DNA of 64,000 nucleotides from Candidatus Micrarchaeota archaeon (GTDB lineage Archaea; Micrarchaeota; Micrarchaeia; Norongarragalinales; SBBD01): NCBI GenBank assembly GCA_018819225.1, contig JAHJQN010000004.1, positions 224,001 to 288,000 of the forward strand, read 5' to 3'. Shown piece by piece: positions 58,238 to 64,000 of this stretch (position 1 is its first letter; each line of letters starts with the position of its first letter). The notes under the pieces were generated by a model. It saw only the letters and a program-made list of their open reading frames with translations, ran no database searches and was not told where the DNA came from. The position numbers and the translations under genes were made by a program.

Positions 58238-59835
58238 GCTAATCGCTTCCCCATGTACACGCCGTCGCGAGCATACCCCCGAGAACGGTAATACTCGCGA
58301 ACGCCCACCCCCGAAATCACCAGCATTTTGCGCGCATCGAATTCCTCTCGGGCCGTACGTTCCGCTTCGGCCAGAAGTCGCGAGCCCAATCCATCGTGTT
58401 GAACGCGAGAAAAATGAGAGGAACGCTCACGGCTACCGATGCGCAACGGCTCTCCGTACACGTGCAATTCACGAATCCCTACGGTATTCTCCGTAATCTC
58501 CGGACGGAAAGGAGCTGCCGGAACGCGCAACCGAAGAAAACCAAGCAGCGCATCCGCAGAGCCATCCTCAAAACTCAAAAAAACTTCGCGCCCACCGGAA
58601 GCCGCATAATCGCGGCGAACCAGTTTGGCATGAAGAGAATTGACGTCGACATTCTCCTTTAACATCTTCAAGCCCGCTTCCCGGCAGCGAATACATCGGC
58701 AGGAAACGCCTTTCTGTTTCAAGTTTTGGAATATGAGCTCCCGCAAATTACTTTTTTTTACGCCATCCACAATCAAGTTCGCCGGAATGTCTCGGTTCAC
58801 GCGCATGATACGGCAGTATTCCGGAACAAACCGCTTGCCTTCCGCAATGACTTCCGCCGCTTCTTCCGAAGTGTACGGGGTATACGCCCCCTTACGCCAC
58901 AATTCATATAAAGGAGTTTGAGGCATGACGAGCGTCGGATAAATTTTAAGCATATCCGGTTGAAACCGTTCATCGTCAAACAATTGTTTCGCATCCGAAA
59001 GATCTTGGCGACGATCCGCAAATAATCCGGGCATCATATGAAAACAAATCTTCAAAAACGAATCCTTGAGTCGAGCCGTTGCATCCACGACCGCCTGCAA
59101 ATCATGACCCCGGCCACTTTTCTTCAATACCTCATCCGACAGCGATTGGACTCCCATTTCGATACGCGTCGCACCAAAATCAAGCAGGGAAGAAACTTGC
59201 TCCGGGGCACAATGATCGGGACGCGTCTCAAAGGTTAACCCCACGAGGCGGTGTTCCGCGTTTTCATTCACGGTTTGAGCATGCTCAATCGATGGCGACT
59301 GCGAGGTATTCAGGGCGTTATACATGCCTAAGACAAACTGACGCTGGTAATCGTCAGGAAGCGCGTTAAACGTCCCCCCTTGCACAATCAACTCGCATTT
59401 CTCGGTGTGGTGACCCAATAAAGAAAACTGGTGCAACCGCGCCGAAACCATTTGGTACGCATCATAATTATTTTGAGCGGCTCGTCGAGCCGCCGGTTCC
59501 TTGCCCGTATAACTTTTCGGCGAATTAAACGCCGGTCCGCCGGGACAATAAATGCAACGACCCGGACACGGCATCGGAGCCGTCATAATCGCGATATTGC
59601 TTATCCCGGAAAGCGCCCGAACATGCTTGGATTTCAATGTTTTTTGAAGTTCCGCAGGCAAGCGTCCTTCCCGCTCTTGAATCCATTCCACGACCTGCGG
59701 ATTCTTGATCACTTGAGGAAGCTGGTGCTTACTTGCCAACCGGTTTTTCAATTGCTGGACCTGTCGGGGACTCAGGAGAGGATTGCGCTTGAGCTCCGAA
59801 TATAAGTCTTGCATGAAGACGTCTTTGGCGTTCAC
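58234..59835 (-). CDS. elp3: Elp3 radical SAM/KAT tRNA U34 carboxymethylase
   Basis: CPGRCIYCPGG, SYTGKEPA, GGTF, ETRPD, KIYPTLV, RELHVYG, QHDGLG, VISGVGVREYY. Confidence 0.97.
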   Translation of the reverse strand: MNAKDVFMQDLYSELKRNPLLSPRQVQQLKNRLASKHQLPQVIKNPQVVEWIQEREGRLPAELQKTLKSKHVRALSGISNIAIMTAPMPCPGRCIYCPGGPAFNSPKSYTGKEPAARRAAQNNYDAYQMVSARLHQFSLLGHHTEKCELIVQGGTFNALPDDYQRQFVLGMYNALNTSQSPSIEHAQTVNENAEHRLVGLTFETRPDHCAPEQVSSLLDFGATRIEMGVQSLSDEVLKKSGRGHDLQAVVDATARLKDSFLKICFHMMPGLFADRRQDLSDAKQLFDDERFQPDMLKIYPTLVMPQTPLYELWRKGAYTPYTSEEAAEVIAEGKRFVPEYCRIMRVNRDIPANLIVDGVKKSNLRELIFQNLKQKGVSCRCIRCREAGLKMLKENVDVNSLHAKLVRRDYAASGGREVFLSFEDGSADALLGFLRLRVPAAPFRPEITENTVGIRELHVYGEPLRIGSRERSSHFSRVQHDGLGSRLLAEAERTAREEFDARKMLVISGVGVREYYRSRGYARDGVYMGKRLA

Positions 59836-59875
59836 AGATAACTCCCATTAAGCCCGTTGACTCGACGCAAGACAT

Positions 59876-60247
59876 TTAACGCGGATGAATGAAAATGCCT
59901 GCCGCGATAAAAATTACTCCAATGACGAGATTAACGAGCGCGCCTTGCATGTACGCATTATTGACTTTGGCAATGCTTTGCCCTACTAACGAGCGCGCTT
60001 GCTGGCTCGTCGCCGCAATCTCGGAGGGAGTAAGCCCTTGCATGGCCGCTAACTCTTCCTGCTGGTTCAGGGTTTCCTCCAAACCCATCATGGCTACCTC
60101 GCTCTGCGCCGTGCTGACCATCAGCTGATTCACTTGAGCGAGAGCGAGTACGAGACCTCCGACTCCAAAAAGAATCAGGGCATATGAAAGCGCTTTCTTA
60201 TTCATTTCCAACCACCTACTAGAAGCATATCGTAAGAAATAGAGCAA
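59876..60247 (-). CDS. Hypothetical two-TM membrane protein
   Basis: TM-helical loop-TM; probable start MNKKAL. Confidence 0.7.
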   Translation of the reverse strand: MLYFLRYASSRWLEMNKKALSYALILFGVGGLVLALAQVNQLMVSTAQSEVAMMGLEETLNQQEELAAMQGLTPSEIAATSQQARSLVGQSIAKVNNAYMQGALVNLVIGVIFIAAGIFIHPR

Positions 60248-60293
60248 GAACAGGTTTAAAACGGCTCCGGAAACCCTTAACCATAAGTCCGGT

Positions 60294-63137
60294 TTACTCC
60301 ATGTTTAAGTCGGGGAAGAAGGAATTCGGGGGTTCCGGAGGTTCCTCGATGATTTGAGACGGTCGCGTCGAAACATAAACCGCAATGACAACAATGAGGA
60401 GGATACCCAACAACCAAATGTATGCATTGGAAGATGCTTTCGAGCTGCGTATGCGATTCAAAGCCACTTGAATTTTCTCTTTCGCACGTTCCCAAATCGA
60501 TTGAGCTTCAACGGTTTTCCCTTGCTCTTCCAACTGTTGAGCTTGCAAAATCAATTGCTCAATCTCCTGCGTATCCTCGTTATTTTCATTCAATTCTTGA
60601 ACCGCTTTCTTCACGTCTTGATCATCCACTAAAGAAAACGGCATCCATTCCGTGGGCGTTACATACGGCGTCGGATGGATCAGTTGAGAACGGGGAGTCG
60701 GAGAACCCGCCATAGGAGGGCCGGTATAGTCTCCCGAATTTCCTCCGTTATAACTACCCCCGTTCGCATAGGGGGGCGGGCACTCCCCACAATCCGATTT
60801 ACACGTACGACACGTTTCGCCCGCATCGGAATTGCATATTCCATCTCCACACGATGGTACGGGAGTCGGAGTCGCAGAACACGTACCCGTACAACACACT
60901 CCAAAACTGCAGAACCCGCTTGAATCTGCAATGCATGAATCGTAATTGGCGCAATCGACAAGGCAGGTACCCCCTACGTCTTCACAAGAAGTCGGCAAGA
61001 CCGGATCACCCAAACCCGTAGGAACATAATCCAAATCCGATGTAAGCAACAAACGATCCAACCAGGTTCCATCCTCCCGGTTTCGAATCGTCAACGTATG
61101 CTCGCCAGCGGCCAATGAAAATAACAAGGGATCAATGTCCGGATCGCGACTATTAGCAAGATCCCATACGTAAATCGTTCCATCCGCGGAAGGCGTGTCC
61201 CACGTGTACTCGGTCTGATCGTCCATGGTCACGTAAAAGCTGTTGGAAGCAGTGGAAGGCGATTTAACGCGTCCCCACAAATAAAAGTCTCCGAACCCCG
61301 GTATATAGAAATCGTACGAAATGGTTCCCACGTAATTGCCTTGATCTTCGGGAACAACCGCGTAATGCTCATTTGAAGACATCACATGTTCAACAATGTC
61401 CCAAACGCCGTCCGTTGAATCAAAATCTTCTCCTTCAATCCAAAGGAAAACATCGTCCCCGGACGGCGGTGGAGTCGGGGTAATTGTCGGAATCGGACAA
61501 TCACCGGTACAACAAACACCTGAATCACAAAAACCATCCGTATCCAAGGTGCATAAATCATGATTCGAACATGCATCCAAACACTGACCGCCGATAGCCT
61601 CGCACGAATCCATGGGAGGCGGAGTCGGCGTCACCGTCGGAACCGTGCACGCTCCCACGCAGCATAAGCCCGAATCACAAAAGCCGTCTGGCTGCCAATT
61701 GCAATCATCGAAATCATTGCAATTCAACAAACAACTTCCGCCAAAATCCCCGCACGGAACCTCCGCTCCGCTTCCTTCACAATACTCGAACGCCCCAATG
61801 TCCACTCGGCCATCACACGAAGAAGGATAAGACGGATCGCCGGAATCGCGGGCGGGACTGTTAGGTAAAATATGGAAATCATCCGTCGACGCATCCACGA
61901 ACAACGGATCCCCACTCACGGAATGAGAATCGCGACCCGTAGCCATATACTCTTCCAACGTATTGTAATCCGTTCCCGCCACATGAATAAGCGCACCCGG
62001 AGTATCACGATAGTATAAGTTGTAATCACTATCCAAATCATTGGTGCCATAATGACTATAATAAGCGGGCTGAGAACCACTGTAAAAAATATTATTTCGT
62101 TGCAGAAGTGTGGCGCCCGAACGTTGATAACTCTTCACCGCGGATAAATCATCCGTATAAATCGTATTACCCGTCATCACCAACGATTTCTGCCAAATAA
62201 TTATTCCGAGACCGGTTGCATGACACACATTATCCACGAAATTGTCGGTCCAAGTCGGTTGGCTCACCGAAGCCGCTGAATGCGAATAGCATACTTGTGC
62301 ATAAATCGTATTATTACGCACCGTATTATCATGCGCAAGACTCATCACAGCGATTTCATTACTCCGAAACACATTCGCATTCAAATCATTATCAGTCGAA
62401 TACTCCGGCCCACTGTGCCGTAAGCTGACGGACCACGACAAATCTCCGTCATTCGGAGGTAAATACGTCTGAGTAAACGAATTATTGAAAAACGTATTGA
62501 AATGCACACCCCCCAACTGAAGAATCTGCCCATTACTCCTCAGGAGCTTAACATCGTTAAATTGAAACGTATTATGATCACTTTTACTCATGAAAAAGAT
62601 CATGTTGTTACCGGCCGGCGGATTCGAATCCTCTAAATAAAACGAATTACCGGAAATAAAATTCTCATCCGAACCGTCTTTTGAATTATACGCGTCTCCT
62701 AACACCAAACCCCCTGAAACCGCATTATTGATGAATCGATTACGGTCCGAATCGTATATTTCGATCGTGCCAAGAATATTTGATTTCAGCAGGCTATCAT
62801 CGGTATACTGAAATAACACACCTCCCTTTCCAGATCCTTTAATCAATTCCAGGTTCTGCACCGTCACATTCACTTGATGTTGACTTTTGATTCCATTCCC
62901 ACTCACAAACGTAATCCGCCTATGGTTTCCTTCCAAGATCACGTGATCCGCGTCGATTGTAATGCCGCCGGATGAAGACACCAAGTCAGATTCAAGCACA
63001 TACAAGTGATTTGGAATGGAAATCGTATAGGGAACCGAGGTAATGCAAGTGGTGCCAGGATCGTTGCAGTTGTATGCAGAAGTCCAAGATACAAACAAGA
63101 GGAGGGATACGCCCCAAAATACACTTTGACGATTCAT
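60294..63137 (-). CDS. Secreted multidomain surface protein: beta-helix, choice-of-anchor-Q-like segment, three 8-Cys repeats, carbohydrate-binding-like jelly roll, helical module, C-terminal TM
   Basis: Signal peptide; Asn-ladder repeats; GDPLF..DFHILPNSPARDSG..DIGAFE; WIEGED..LAAGEHTLTIRNREDGTWLDRLLLT. Confidence 0.88.
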   Translation of the reverse strand: MNRQSVFWGVSLLLFVSWTSAYNCNDPGTTCITSVPYTISIPNHLYVLESDLVSSSGGITIDADHVILEGNHRRITFVSGNGIKSQHQVNVTVQNLELIKGSGKGGVLFQYTDDSLLKSNILGTIEIYDSDRNRFINNAVSGGLVLGDAYNSKDGSDENFISGNSFYLEDSNPPAGNNMIFFMSKSDHNTFQFNDVKLLRSNGQILQLGGVHFNTFFNNSFTQTYLPPNDGDLSWSVSLRHSGPEYSTDNDLNANVFRSNEIAVMSLAHDNTVRNNTIYAQVCYSHSAASVSQPTWTDNFVDNVCHATGLGIIIWQKSLVMTGNTIYTDDLSAVKSYQRSGATLLQRNNIFYSGSQPAYYSHYGTNDLDSDYNLYYRDTPGALIHVAGTDYNTLEEYMATGRDSHSVSGDPLFVDASTDDFHILPNSPARDSGDPSYPSSCDGRVDIGAFEYCEGSGAEVPCGDFGGSCLLNCNDFDDCNWQPDGFCDSGLCCVGACTVPTVTPTPPPMDSCEAIGGQCLDACSNHDLCTLDTDGFCDSGVCCTGDCPIPTITPTPPPSGDDVFLWIEGEDFDSTDGVWDIVEHVMSSNEHYAVVPEDQGNYVGTISYDFYIPGFGDFYLWGRVKSPSTASNSFYVTMDDQTEYTWDTPSADGTIYVWDLANSRDPDIDPLLFSLAAGEHTLTIRNREDGTWLDRLLLTSDLDYVPTGLGDPVLPTSCEDVGGTCLVDCANYDSCIADSSGFCSFGVCCTGTCSATPTPVPSCGDGICNSDAGETCRTCKSDCGECPPPYANGGSYNGGNSGDYTGPPMAGSPTPRSQLIHPTPYVTPTEWMPFSLVDDQDVKKAVQELNENNEDTQEIEQLILQAQQLEEQGKTVEAQSIWERAKEKIQVALNRIRSSKASSNAYIWLLGILLIVVIAVYVSTRPSQIIEEPPEPPNSFFPDLNME

Positions 63138-63274
63138 GAATAAAATTTACCCGACGTGAGTATAAAAACGAAACGTATCAAGAACCTCATGCGGCGTGTT
63201 GGATTAGAGCCATTCAAGCAAACCTTTTCTTTTAAAAGAAAAGCCTTACCAAAAGAATATCGCAGTTCATAAGC

Positions 63275-63373
63275 GCCTCCGTAGCTCAGGGGTAGAGCGC
63301 CTGTCTTGTAGGGATGGTTAGAAACGCGTTCCAAGAAAACAGGAGGTCGCGAGTTCAATTCTCGCCGGAGGCT
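63275..63373 (+). tRNA. tRNA-Thr(UGU) with 27-nt canonical 37/38 intron (63311-63337)
   Basis: GCCTCCG TA GCTC AGGGGTA GAGC G CCTGT CTTGTA[GGGATGGTTAGAAACGCGTTCCAAGAA]A ACAGG AGGTC GCGAG TTCAATT CTCGC CGGAGGC T; BHB with CTTG/CAAG central helix. Confidence 0.94.
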
Positions 63374-63605
63374 TCCGGAAATAATTATTTTCTGTTTTTC
63401 TTTCTGGAACATGACCTCGCCAGTTTGAGTGTGACCTTCGCCGGTTTGGCTCCAACCGTAATTGACTTGAATTCGACGCGTTGAATGAGAATTTCGTGTG
63501 CAACGCGTTTCCGCACTGCGGGTACGCGACATCCTTTTCAATCGAACGCCATTTCCGCACAGGACTAAAAAACGGCTTTTGGGTTCGATGAGGGAAACCA
63601 GAAAC

Positions 63606-64000
63606 CTATGCCGTGTTCTGCACGCACGCGTAGTCCGCCTTGACTTCCTCAGGGGAGAGAGCGCGGCTATAGAGCACGACCTGGTCCACGTCGCCGATGT
63701 CAAATCCATCGAACAGCACGTTGAACGGATAGTTCTCGTTGTGGTCGGGAATCCAGTCCGTTCCAGGGTATGCTTGCGTGGCATCTTGCATGCCGTCCAA
63801 GTATAAGGAAACGGTGTCGGCGTCAAAGTCATAGGTTAAGGCAATATGGTGCCATTGGTTGATTGAAATGACGGTATTTCCAACGAGAGCTGTTCCCGTC
63901 ACTCCAACGATTGCGCCAGCGAGTTTCCCATCAACTGATCCGAGGATATACTCGTCCACGAGGGCGACAAAGCTTGCGCTCCCGCCGGCATGTGGTGCCA
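63606..64000 (-). CDS. LamG/concanavalin-A-like domain protein, C-terminal part (5' end outside window)
   Basis: NQWHHIALTYD...LYLDG, DQVVLYSRALSPEEV; frame stays open to window end. Confidence 0.82.
   Translation of the reverse strand, partial: APHAGGSASFVALVDEYILGSVDGKLAGAIVGVTGTALVGNTVISINQWHHIALTYDFDADTVSLYLDGMQDATQAYPGTDWIPDHNENYPFNVLFDGFDIGDVDQVVLYSRALSPEEVKADYACVQNTA

Noticed and set aside
63134-63832. 232-aa ORF and other ORFs overlapping tRNA-Thr
   Set aside because: They overlap the tRNA and the LamG frame and have no protein-like motifs; likely shadow ORFs.
63275-64000. Integrated element at tRNA-Thr
   Set aside because: No integrase or duplicated tRNA 3' end is visible within the window; cannot be excluded beyond the edge.

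Overview
Archaeal chromosomal window, most likely from a DPANN archaeon of the Micrarchaeota or a close relative. The evidence is PolD (DP1+DP2), aIF2-gamma, EF-1alpha, uL15-secY-eL34-cmk-eL14-cbf5, Kae1, Elp3, and a three-unit epsilon2-type tRNA splicing endonuclease with an ARMAN-loop-like GTYK segment. Housekeeping and metabolic genes (sufS/sufU, nfo, bcp, aspC-like, pepA, carAB, purD, PMM/PGM) alternate with orphans and several large surface proteins. Two intron-containing tRNAs are present: Arg-GCG with a non-canonical T-loop intron, and Thr-UGU with a canonical intron. Two small genes missing from the ORF track were recovered (eL14 and a 50-aa Zn-finger protein). Most notable: (1) a 3453-aa membrane-anchored giant protein with an adhesin-like stalk, a hydrophobic Gly/Ala-rich segment and a compositionally distinct helical C-terminal region, heading a tight operon with two Arg-rich orphans (candidate contact-dependent delivery system); (2) a synonymously recoded duplicate of the rps10 3' end flanking a 56-bp GC-rich hairpin element (att-like scar or micro-element); (3) a ~50-aa helical juxtamembrane module shared by four otherwise unrelated membrane or surface proteins. 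No CRISPR array, rRNA, transposase or integrase was recognised. All assignments come from motif recognition by eye; no database searches were run.
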